This document shows, one piece after another, positions 9,817 to 18,267 of a stretch of DNA of 64,000 nt. This DNA comes from Candidatus Latescibacterota bacterium. GTDB taxonomy: Bacteria; Latescibacterota; UBA2968; GCA-2709665. Numbering within the stretch: the stretch's first letter is position 1; every line of letters starts with the position of its first letter. The stretch covers positions 1 to 64,000 of the forward strand of contig CAXXJS010000032.1 of NCBI GenBank assembly GCA_963662665.2. The letters are read 5' to 3'. The notes beneath the pieces were generated by a model. The model saw only the letters and a program-made list of their open reading frames with translations, did not search any database and was not told the origin of the DNA. The translations under genes and the position numbers were made by a program.

Positions 9817-11787
9817 TCAAACGGCCTCCGTTACCGCCCCTCGCATCTTCAGGATGTACTTCGCCCGGTCCAGCGGCGAAATCCCCTTGTAGGGCCGCAT
9901 GACGCCCTCGCCCGGCGGGCACGGCTCATATCCGTCGTACTTGAAGGAGAATTTCGCCGTTCCGCCCGTCAAAGAGTTCAGCCGGATGGGATAGTCCATC
10001 GAAGTCGCCAGGGGTACTCGTCCTGTAACCGATAGCGCACCTCCGTCTGCCTCTACCGGATCGAAGGCGCCGCGCGCGTTTATGATATCCGACGTGATCC
10101 TTCCAACGTAGGTCTCGGCCACCGAGATTTTGAACGCCAGTATCGGTTCGAGCAGAATCGACCCGGTCTCCGTCAGCCCTTTCAACACCGCGATATTCGT
10201 TGCGAGTTTGAAATTGCCCGCGCGGCTGTGCAGAACGTGATCGCTCCCCTCCACCAGGGTAATCTTCAGATCCGTGACTTCCCATCCCTTGATTCCCTGC
10301 CTGAGCGCGCCCTCTATCGATCTTTCGATCTCCTTCTGAAATCGTGCCTTGATGTCGTTGACGCCGACCTGTGACGAATAAATCACGCCGCTTCCCGGCT
10401 CGCCCGGTTCGATCCGATACTTCACGATGGCCCAACACGGCTTCGGCATCGTGTAGCGCTCGACGCCGAAGCCGACCGACGCAGGTGTCTCCTTGTAAAT
10501 GACCGTTGGGTCACTAAAACGCGTCTTGATGTCAAATCGCGTATCGAGCATCTCCTTCAGAATCTCCGCTTGAACCGTGCCCATGATCTTCACATGCAGT
10601 TCGCGTTCATTATCGAACCATGTAAAATTGAGGTGCGGGTCTTCGCTCGACAATTGCTGCAGCGCCCCGGCCAGTCGAGCGTGATCCACCAGGTCTTCCG
10701 GGACAGCCTGTACCGACAGCAGGGGCTCTCCGAGTTCACAGGACCCGGGGACGGGGCCCGGGTCGCCAAGAATGTCGCCGATCTTCGCGTCCGGCATCCC
10801 GCAGAAGAAACCGATGTCGCCCGCGGAGAGGGCGCCTGTGTCCTCGTATCGATTGAGATAGGACTTCTTGATCTGCGTAATCTTCTCGTCGCGATCCGCC
10901 GTAACGTTCCGGATGACATCCCTGTTATGGAGTCGTCCTGTATAGAGGCGAACGCCGGCGATGCGCCCGAGTTTCGGATCGTGGTCAAGCTTGAACACCA
11001 CGCCGGAGGGCGGACGTGAGGCGTCGGTATTCGCATCGGGAAACCACGCCACGATCCTACCCAGCAGTTCCTCCGTTCCGATCATGTTCTTGGCCACGCC
11101 GCAAAGTACCGGAAACAGCTCTCTCTTTGCCGTGCAAGCCGCAATCACCTTCTCGATCTCTGCTCGTGAAATTGGCTCCTCGTTCAGGAATCGCTCCAGG
11201 AGCGCGTCGTCCTTCGCGGCGACGCCCTCTGTCAGGGCGGCTTCACCGTCCGGGTCAAGCTCGGCGATGCGCGCGTCCGACTCGCCTTCCTCTTCCGGCT
11301 GATTGACCGGAATCACGTCGGGCGAAAACCGGCGCTTCAGATCATCGACGACCTTCGCCGAATCCGCGCCGATCCGATCCAGTTTGTTCACGAACAGGAT
11401 GACGGGTACGTTCAGCGCTTCCAGCGCGACCCATATCGACTCCGTCTGGGCCTGGATGCCTTCGACCGCGGACAGAACGAGCACGGCGCAGTCCAGCACC
11501 CGAAGAGATCGTTCGACTTCGGCGGAAAAATCGACGTGCCCCGGCGTGTCGATCAGGTTGATCGTCACTCCCTCCCAAACGAATGACATCGCCGATGCCC
11601 GGACCGAAATCCCTCGCCGCCTTTCCACGTCGAGCGCATCGGAGAGACTGGTCCCTTTGTCGACGTTTCCTGGCGAGCGGATGGCGCCGCTCAGGTACAG
11701 GAGATTCTCAGTCACCGTCGTCTTTCCGGCATCGACGTGCGCGAGGATACCAAGATTGCGAATTCTTGAGGGATCTTCAGGAGGCAC
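9817..11787 (-). CDS. TetM/TetW/TetO-like ribosomal protection protein (EF-G-like translational GTPase)
   Basis: IRNLGILAHVDAGKTT, ERRRGIS, INLIDTPGHVDF, NKLD and EF-G domains III-V. Start estimated at the GTG at 11787 (the ORF extends to 11847). Confidence 0.85.
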   Translation of the reverse strand: MPPEDPSRIRNLGILAHVDAGKTTVTENLLYLSGAIRSPGNVDKGTSLSDALDVERRRGISVRASAMSFVWEGVTINLIDTPGHVDFSAEVERSLRVLDCAVLVLSAVEGIQAQTESIWVALEALNVPVILFVNKLDRIGADSAKVVDDLKRRFSPDVIPVNQPEEEGESDARIAELDPDGEAALTEGVAAKDDALLERFLNEEPISRAEIEKVIAACTAKRELFPVLCGVAKNMIGTEELLGRIVAWFPDANTDASRPPSGVVFKLDHDPKLGRIAGVRLYTGRLHNRDVIRNVTADRDEKITQIKKSYLNRYEDTGALSAGDIGFFCGMPDAKIGDILGDPGPVPGSCELGEPLLSVQAVPEDLVDHARLAGALQQLSSEDPHLNFTWFDNERELHVKIMGTVQAEILKEMLDTRFDIKTRFSDPTVIYKETPASVGFGVERYTMPKPCWAIVKYRIEPGEPGSGVIYSSQVGVNDIKARFQKEIERSIEGALRQGIKGWEVTDLKITLVEGSDHVLHSRAGNFKLATNIAVLKGLTETGSILLEPILAFKISVAETYVGRITSDIINARGAFDPVEADGGALSVTGRVPLATSMDYPIRLNSLTGGTAKFSFKYDGYEPCPPGEGVMRPYKGISPLDRAKYILKMRGAVTEAV

Positions 11788-12037
11788 GGGAATTTCGTTC
11801 AAAAAGTGGGTGGTGGGAAGGCACACAAACGACGTGCGCGGAAACACACTTGCATGATAAACAATAGTCGCCTCGCCTGCCAGAAAGACCTGCAGCGGGA
11901 CAGGCGTTTACGTCGCTGATGGCCCAGAAGCTGCCACCCCAGAATGAACCGACGTGATATACAACGGCCAGCCAGGTCAGGCAGGACACAGCGAACGGCC
12001 GGGCAACCATTGTCTACGCCGTTTCTGTCGACGACGC

Positions 12038-12092
12038 GGGCAACTACAAGGGTTGCCTGACTGCGTGCGGCCACCCACAGGCAGGCCCCTAC
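12038..12092 (-). repeat. Cluster of degenerate GTAG-type REP-like palindromes
   Basis: GGGCAACTACAAGGGTTGCC (12038-12057). The reverse complement of 12068-12092 reads GTAGGGGCCTGCCTGTGGGTGGCCG. Confidence 0.4.
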
Positions 12093-12207
12093 ATATGCAA
12101 GGATATCGCCGGGCGGGCACGATGCCCATGCTCCAGGGTAAGCCGCCGACGGTAACACCGCTGACAATCCCCGTGGTACAACAGCATCTGTATTTCAACC
12201 TTTTTGC

Positions 12208-12237
12208 TTGACAAGGTTTACCTCTTTGGCGTACTTT
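12208..12237 (+). promoter_or_regulatory. Putative sigma70 promoter
   Basis: TTGACA-18 nt-TACTTT upstream of the GGAGG RBS and the ATG at 12264. Confidence 0.45.
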
Positions 12238-12263
12238 TCTTTCGTACAAATTGGAGGTACGCC

Positions 12264-12494
12264 ATGAATGGGAAAATCTTCAACGAAGACAATATGCGAT
12301 TGGTACTTTTACTATTGGCCATCTGGGGTCTGATGTGGAATTTTTCCTCCGGAATCAATCAAAGAATAGACAGATTGGAGGATAAATTGGAGACTAAATT
12401 CGATACCGTTGACAGGAAATTAGAAAGAATAGATGCGCGCCTGGACGCCTTCGGGGAACGCATCGCCGCAAACGAAGCAAAACTCAAAGAGTAA
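12264..12494 (+). CDS. Small membrane-anchored coiled-coil hypothetical protein (76 aa)
   Basis: GGAGG RBS, one hydrophobic helix (LVLLLLAIWGLMW), then heptad repeats (RIDRLEDKLETKFDTVDRKLERIDARL). Confidence 0.7.
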   Translation: MNGKIFNEDNMRLVLLLLAIWGLMWNFSSGINQRIDRLEDKLETKFDTVDRKLERIDARLDAFGERIAANEAKLKE

Positions 12495-12524
12495 AATTCC
12501 ATTACATCCGAAACATTGTCAACC

Positions 12525-12561
12525 GCCTGCCAGTAAATCACATTGGCAGGCTTTGTTATTT
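12525..12561 (+). terminator. Rho-independent terminator
   Basis: GCCTGCCAGT-loop-ATTGGCAGGC hairpin followed by TTTGTTATTT. Confidence 0.6.
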
Positions 12562-12695
12562 CCCTTTCTTCCCCGTAATCCTTGCCTACATCGACGCATT
12601 TTCTTAAAATAACAACGCTGCCCTTATCGAATTGGAACGGTGCGGGCGCGGTATTTCCGTCCGATCATTGCCTTTTCAGGCAACAGGAGAATCTG

Positions 12696-13979
12696 ATGCA
12701 GAGAGATTTCGCATTTGAGATGGGGACTTCGAATTTGCGGTTCGGCCCGGGCGCGACGAGGGAAGTGGGAATGGATCTGTCGGAATTGGGCGCCGGGCGG
12801 GTGATGCTGCTAACGGATCCCAACCTGGTGGACCTGCCGCCGGTGCGGACGGCGGCAGACTCCCTCAAACGCGAGGGAGTCGATTACGCGCTTTACGAAC
12901 GGGTACGGGTAGAACCCACGGACGTTTCTTTCCGGGAAGCCATTGACTTTGCATTGGATGGGAATTTCGATGCCTTTGTGGCTGTGGGCGGGGGCTCCTC
13001 GATCGATACGGCGAAGGCCGCGAATCTCTATTCCACGTATCCGGATGATTTCTACGCGTACGTGAACGCGCCGATCGGGAGCGGCAAGCCGGTTCCCGGT
13101 GCGCTCAAGCCGCTGATCGCGATTCCGACAACCGCGGGAACGGGCAGTGAGACCACCGGAGTGACGATATTCGATCTCTCGGAAAGACACGTAAAAACCG
13201 GTATCGCGCACCGCCGCCTGAAGCCCGCGCTGGGCATCGTGGATCCCGAGAACACGCGGACGATGCCGCCGGTTGTGGCCGCGTCTACCGGCCTGGACGT
13301 GCTTTGCCACGCCCTCGAGTCATATACGGCGATCCCGTACGATCAGCGGCCTTTGCCCGAACGGCCGATCCTTCGGCCGGCTTACCAGGGTACCAATCCC
13401 ATCAGCGATATGTGGGCGCTCAGGGCCATCGAGCTGGTCGCGGAAAACATCGTGCGGGCGGTTGCGGACCCGGAGGATGACGAGGCCCGCTCGAACATGA
13501 TCCTGGCATCGAGTATGGCGGGAATGGGGTTCGGCAACGCGGGCGTTCATCTGCCTCACGGGATGTCCTATCCCGTATCGGGGATGGTGCGTGCTTACAA
13601 ACCCGAGGGGATGGTGAGCGGTCATCCCATCGTACCCCATGGGATGTCGGTCTTCCTGAACGCGCCGGCGGCCTTTCGATTTACGGGCCCGGCCTGCCCC
13701 GACCGGCATCTGAAGGCAGCGACATTGCTGGGCGCCGATATTTCGGACGTGAGAAATCCTGAGGCGGAGGCGGGCGGAATACTCGCGGAACGCATTGTCG
13801 CACTGATGAAGCGCCTTGAAATGCCGAACGGACTGTCGGCAATCGGTTTTACTGAAGCGGATGTGCCGGCGCTGGTGGAGGGCACGATGCCGCAGCATCG
13901 CGTGACCAAGCTGTCGCCGAGGCTGGCCGGCAAAGAGGATCTTGCGGCTTTGTTCAAGGACTCACTGACGGCCTGGTAA
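12696..13979 (+). CDS. Hydroxyacid-oxoacid transhydrogenase (ADHFE1/HOT-like, iron-containing ADH family)
   Basis: AVGGGSSIDTAK, IPTTAGTGSE, GLDVLCHALES, FGNAGVHLPHGMSYPVSG and VPHGMSV motifs. AGGAG RBS before the ATG at 12696. Confidence 0.9.
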   Translation: MQRDFAFEMGTSNLRFGPGATREVGMDLSELGAGRVMLLTDPNLVDLPPVRTAADSLKREGVDYALYERVRVEPTDVSFREAIDFALDGNFDAFVAVGGGSSIDTAKAANLYSTYPDDFYAYVNAPIGSGKPVPGALKPLIAIPTTAGTGSETTGVTIFDLSERHVKTGIAHRRLKPALGIVDPENTRTMPPVVAASTGLDVLCHALESYTAIPYDQRPLPERPILRPAYQGTNPISDMWALRAIELVAENIVRAVADPEDDEARSNMILASSMAGMGFGNAGVHLPHGMSYPVSGMVRAYKPEGMVSGHPIVPHGMSVFLNAPAAFRFTGPACPDRHLKAATLLGADISDVRNPEAEAGGILAERIVALMKRLEMPNGLSAIGFTEADVPALVEGTMPQHRVTKLSPRLAGKEDLAALFKDSLTAW

Positions 13980-14006
13980 CAGATTAGCACGACCAAAGGA
14001 CCGGAA

Positions 14007-15017
14007 ATGAAAAATACTGATAACCTGCCCCCGTTCCCCGAGGGGTGGTATCTGGTAACAACCCGCAATGCCCTTGTGCGAGAGAAACTGGTCGAGAAGA
14101 CCTGGATGGGTGAAGAAATCGTCGCCTGGTGCGACGAAGAGGGCCGTGTTTGCGTGGCCGATTCCATATGTCCGCACCTGGGCTCGTCCCTGGGACCGGA
14201 CGTTGGCGGGAAGGTATGCGACGGCCGCCTGGTCTGCCCGTTTCACGGCTTTGAATTCGATACGACCGGTCAATGCGTCGCGACACCGAACGCCCCGGCG
14301 CCCAGAGCCGCGAAACTGAAGATATACGAGACCAGAGAGATCCTCGGCATGGTCTTCGCCTGGTTCGGGAACGGCGGCCGGCCGTCACACTGGGACCTTC
14401 CGGATGAGCCGCCCATCAGCGCCGAGTGGAGCAAACTGGGATTCCGGCGTCTCCGCTTCCGCAGCCATCCCCAGGAAACAGCGGAGAACTCCGTGGACCT
14501 GGGACACCTGCGCTACGTACACGGCTACGACGAGGTGACCCCGGTGGGTTCGGTTACCGTGGACGGCGCCTACCTGAAGAGTCGTTTCGACTTCAGACGC
14601 GTCCGCAGTATTCTGGGTATGAAAGACCTCGTGTACGAAATCTCCGCCGTCACCCATATTTATGGACTGGGCTACTCCTACGTTGAAATCCACGAAAAAA
14701 CCATCGATATGCACGCGAGACTCTGGGTACTCCCCATACCTGTTGACGGCGCCGTCATCGATCTCGTTCTTGCCGGCCAACTTCGGGAATTACGAAAACC
14801 CCGGCGGTTCATCACGGGCCTCGGTTTCGTCCCTTCGAAGCTGCGCCAGAGGCTGATGAATTATATTCTACTGTCACAGCAAAAACGGGATGTGCTGCAG
14901 GACGTGGTGATCTGGGAGAAGAAACGGCATCGGTCTCCCCCCAGGCTTTGTCGTTCCGACGGTCCCATCGGTACCTACCGACGCTATTGCCGGCAGTTCT
15001 ATCCGGAGAAGCCGTAA
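14007..15017 (+). CDS. Rieske non-heme iron oxygenase, KshA/Neverland(DAF-36)-like steroid-acting subfamily
   Basis: Rieske CPHLG...CPFHG, mononuclear iron site ENSVDLGHLRYVH, and C-terminal QDVVIWEKK...DGPIGTYRRYCRQFY. Confidence 0.8.
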   Translation: MKNTDNLPPFPEGWYLVTTRNALVREKLVEKTWMGEEIVAWCDEEGRVCVADSICPHLGSSLGPDVGGKVCDGRLVCPFHGFEFDTTGQCVATPNAPAPRAAKLKIYETREILGMVFAWFGNGGRPSHWDLPDEPPISAEWSKLGFRRLRFRSHPQETAENSVDLGHLRYVHGYDEVTPVGSVTVDGAYLKSRFDFRRVRSILGMKDLVYEISAVTHIYGLGYSYVEIHEKTIDMHARLWVLPIPVDGAVIDLVLAGQLRELRKPRRFITGLGFVPSKLRQRLMNYILLSQQKRDVLQDVVIWEKKRHRSPPRLCRSDGPIGTYRRYCRQFYPEKP

Positions 15018-15075
15018 GTCAGAGCGACGCCACTCGCGCCGGCGATCGCCCCTTCCTGCATATAGTCAATCCGCT

Positions 15076-16455
15076 TCAGGCCCTCGCCTTCCTGAACCAC
15101 CAACCATACAGCATGCTTCCATAGTAATTGAACGTCCGCCTTGCCTCGGGATCGTCGAAGGGATAGTCCGCGCCGATCTGCGTTGCGGCGGCAAGCCCGC
15201 TGACGAAGCACGTCTCCTGGCTGTTGATCAGCGTGTGCGCACCGCAGTGCCAGGTCCGCTTCCTGCCCTGAATGAAGCGGAACAAAGGAACGAGCAGGGC
15301 AACGTGGCGCACGTCGTGTACAATGTGCTGGAACCACCACCGTCCAATGATCTTCTGTTCATCGATCCGGCTGATCGGGTTGTAGGTCACCAAACAGGGC
15401 CTATCAGACCGTTTCGCCCACGGCTGCTGGTTATGCATGATGTACGTGATTTCATAATTGTCCGGTCTTACGCCGTATTGCTCGATGTGATTGCTGCGCG
15501 TCGTCAGGGGTTTCACTTCGTTGCCCGGAAGGACCGATGCGTCGGAGTGGACAATCGTATGGTTGTGAAGTTCGCTCTCGTAGCGTATGGACGAGAGAAT
15601 GTAGCGTTCCAGCATGGTGGGTTTGTCCAGGATCATCAGTGTCTGGTTCGCATTGCACGCGAAGATCACGTCGTCGAACGTCTCCTTAACACCTTCCTCG
15701 TCCTCTACCACAACGTGGGAGGACCGGCGGTAAACCCTTCGGACGGGACGGTTGAGGCATATCCTGTCCCGGAATCTCGAAGCCAGGTTCTCGTAGATGC
15801 GTCGTGTTCCCTGGTCCCATGTCTGCATGGGCGTGGCGGTTTCGATATCGAAAAATTCGAGATATCTCGTAAAGAGGGCCGCAGGCATATCGAACACGTT
15901 CGTCGCCATCAGGAAGTTGACAAACATGGGCTTCAGTACCTTGTACCGGAAGTCCCCGGAAAAACCTGCCAGATTCAGAACCGTCCCCATGCTGATGTAG
16001 TTGAACGGATTGAGGGCGTTCAGAAACTTCGATCGGGAGCGGGTCAGCCAACCGAACTTATGCAACCGCTTCAGGACCCGTTGAAACCTGGCAATCTCGA
16101 ACTGCAGCTGGTCCCGGATATCCGAGTCGAAATCGTGCGCATAGATGCCTCCGCGGTATTTCACGCTGTAGCTGAATTTGGTATCGATAAGTTCGATGCC
16201 GAACTGTTCCATCAATAACATGACATGCAGATATACCGACGGAATACAGGCAGTGACCGAAATGTCGAATGGAATGGAGCTTCCGTCATCCTGCGGCATA
16301 TCGGCTGTAACCGCATTTCCGCCAATCCGGTCCTGGGCTTCGAACAGCCGGAATTCAAACCGTTCCGGGTGATGGTGCAGTGCCCAGGCGGCTCCCAGAC
16401 CCGAAACGCCTCCGCCGATAATGGCGATCCGACGTCGCTGGTCACTCTTTCCCAC
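15076..16455 (-). CDS. FAD-dependent oxidoreductase (amine-oxidase-like, resembling lipid-modification-associated NAD/FAD-binding proteins)
   Basis: IAIIGGGVSGLGAA dinucleotide fold, LFEAQDRIGGNA, and C-terminal IQG...WHCGA...NSQETCFVSGL. Confidence 0.8.
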   Translation of the reverse strand: MGKSDQRRRIAIIGGGVSGLGAAWALHHHPERFEFRLFEAQDRIGGNAVTADMPQDDGSSIPFDISVTACIPSVYLHVMLLMEQFGIELIDTKFSYSVKYRGGIYAHDFDSDIRDQLQFEIARFQRVLKRLHKFGWLTRSRSKFLNALNPFNYISMGTVLNLAGFSGDFRYKVLKPMFVNFLMATNVFDMPAALFTRYLEFFDIETATPMQTWDQGTRRIYENLASRFRDRICLNRPVRRVYRRSSHVVVEDEEGVKETFDDVIFACNANQTLMILDKPTMLERYILSSIRYESELHNHTIVHSDASVLPGNEVKPLTTRSNHIEQYGVRPDNYEITYIMHNQQPWAKRSDRPCLVTYNPISRIDEQKIIGRWWFQHIVHDVRHVALLVPLFRFIQGRKRTWHCGAHTLINSQETCFVSGLAAATQIGADYPFDDPEARRTFNYYGSMLYGWWFRKARA

Positions 16456-16478
16456 AGATACCCCTTATCTTGTAGCAC

Positions 16479-16648
16479 TGTCAGCCAAAAGCCGACGGCT
16501 CAAAGCCGTTTTTCGACCAACTCCCCCTCTCCTCGCAGGAGAGGGTGGTCTGCCTTTCGTGGTCGTCCACATAATGGCGCTGACGTCACCCAATACTGTA
16601 TTCGCTTTTTGCTCTTGGCTGACAACTGAAGGCTGATAGCTGACAGCT
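16479..16648. repeat. Small inverted-repeat element with heptamer tandem repeats
   Basis: TGTCAGCCAAAAGC (16479-16492) and GCTCTTGGCTGACA (16611-16624) are 13/14 inverted repeats. Heptamers GCTGACA/ACTGAAG/GCTGATA/GCTGACA. Internal CCCTCTCCT-AGGAGAGGG hairpin. Confidence 0.45.
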
Positions 16649-16717
16649 CAGTCCGACGGATCGGGAGGAAAGTTCGCCCTCTTGTGATTTCCTGGACGGT
16701 AATACGTGCAATCTACT

Positions 16718-16751
16718 AAAAAGAGCCTGTCAGACGTATTACGACAGGCTC
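16718..16751 (-). terminator. Rho-independent terminator ending the OMF-MFP-RND-P450-SMT operon
   Basis: GAGCCTGTC...GACAGGCTC stem with a T-tract on the minus strand. Confidence 0.65.
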
Positions 16752-16843
16752 ACAGACACACATTCATTTCCCGGGCGGACCGATTGTTCGGAAGACTCTT
16801 TTTTCATCCCATCCAACGCCCCGGATCTTGAAGCAACGGTACG

Positions 16844-17083
16844 TCAGACGACAAGTTCGCGCCTTTGCTCGGCAATGTGAAACTTCAGCTTCTTGCTTGG
16901 TTTCATCGACGGTATCGGGCTGAATTGGAGCATATAGTTCGCCGGCGACACCTCGATCGTAAAGTAGTGCGCGACCATCAGCACGTTGACGGCCAGTTGC
17001 AATTCCAGCCACCTGGAGCCAAGACACGTGTGCGTGCCAAGCCCGAACGGCGCATACCCGGGACTGCGGTGCTCGTCTCGAGG
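16844..17083 (-). pseudogene. C-terminal remnant of a second cytochrome P450 paralog
   Basis: Manual translation gives PRDEHRSPGYAPFGLGTHTCLGSRWLELQLAVNVLMVAHYFTIEVSPANYMLQFSPIPSMKPSKKLKFHIAEQRRELVV*, collinear with the C-terminus of 18268-20295. There is an in-frame stop just upstream and no start codon. Confidence 0.85.
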
Positions 17084-17192
17084 CCTTCACAGTTCCATCC
17101 GGCGGCAGTGGGGGCCTCGGAAAGGCATCCACACGGGAGGTTCGCCCGTACTCTTATGCCCTCTTTTCAAGCATCCGCACCTTCAGGCGGGC

Positions 17193-18227
17193 CTATAGAG
17201 GCTTGCGAGCCAGGAAACAGTACAGCGGCGTAAAGATACCCGCCTTGCCGCCCGCGACATAAGCCTCCGCGGTCCGGCCCAGAAGTCGGACCACTTCAGT
17301 GGAGCCCTTCGGAAAGAGCCGCAGTACTTCAGCCAGCTTCGATCCTGCAATGACCGCCTTGCGGCCCCACGGAAGCCTGCGCAAAGCGTTTCCCAATGTC
17401 CCATGGCGCCTCTCCATGGGTTGATACCAGGGTGTGGAGGGTACTTCCGAGACGTCCATGTCCATCCCTTCCATGACGTGGAATCCCGCGGCTTCGAGCG
17501 CGTGATTCACTTCCCCGAAGGTCGCGATGTCCTTCAGCGCAACACCGCGCATGAGATCCTGCTCGATGGCCTGGTGCCGGTCGTCGTTCGGATCGAACTT
17601 GCCGGTCAGACACATTTCCTGACCCCAGAACAGGGCACCGGGCTTCAGCACGCGGAATACCTCCTCGAAGCAGCGTTGCTTGTCCGGCGCATGGCACGTT
17701 GATTCCATGGCATAACCCCGGTCGAAGGTGTCGTCCTCGATGGCGCTCATGTCCATAAAGCTGCACGTCTCGAAATCGACCATGTGATCGAGCCCCGCCT
17801 CGGCGTTCAACCTTTTCGCCTCTTCCACCTGGTTCTCGCAGATGTTGATTCCTACAACCCTGACACCGGCCTCAAGGACGACGCGGCGCATGGGGGCGCC
17901 GATTCCACAACCGACGTCGACCACCGACATACCCTGTTGCAGCTCCAACTTGGAGATCATCACCCTCTGATGCCGGACCTGAGACTCCTCCAGACTCTCA
18001 TGAGGCGTTAGGGGCGCGAAGTGCAGGGACTCGCCCCAGCCCCACACCATGAACCCGCTGCAAAGGTCGTAATAGTTTTTTACTGTTTCAGTGTGATCGT
18101 ACCCGCCCGCGCCACCGGACTCCGGCGCCGCCCGGTCAAGCCAGCCATCGAAGTGCTGCACTCGACGTGCGACGCCCAGCCCCCTGTACGCATCTTTCAG
18201 CATTCCCGACAGTTTTCCCAACCGCAT
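17193..18227 (-). CDS. Sterol C24-methyltransferase-like protein (ERG6/SMT family)
   Basis: YYDLCSGFMVWGWGESLHFAP (SMT region I), VDVGCGIGAP (SAM binding), YAMESTCHAP, and Sterol_MT_C-like GGKAGIFTPLYCFLARKP. Confidence 0.85.
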   Translation of the reverse strand: MRLGKLSGMLKDAYRGLGVARRVQHFDGWLDRAAPESGGAGGYDHTETVKNYYDLCSGFMVWGWGESLHFAPLTPHESLEESQVRHQRVMISKLELQQGMSVVDVGCGIGAPMRRVVLEAGVRVVGINICENQVEEAKRLNAEAGLDHMVDFETCSFMDMSAIEDDTFDRGYAMESTCHAPDKQRCFEEVFRVLKPGALFWGQEMCLTGKFDPNDDRHQAIEQDLMRGVALKDIATFGEVNHALEAAGFHVMEGMDMDVSEVPSTPWYQPMERRHGTLGNALRRLPWGRKAVIAGSKLAEVLRLFPKGSTEVVRLLGRTAEAYVAGGKAGIFTPLYCFLARKPL

Positions 18228-18267
18228 TTCGTGGTGTTTCCTCCCGGCTCCCCAAGAAGCCGTGTCG

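Noticed and set aside
11960-12005. GCCAGGTCAGG resembling the SRP (4.5S) RNA core
   Set aside because: It lacks the following GGAA tetraloop and GCAGC pairing.
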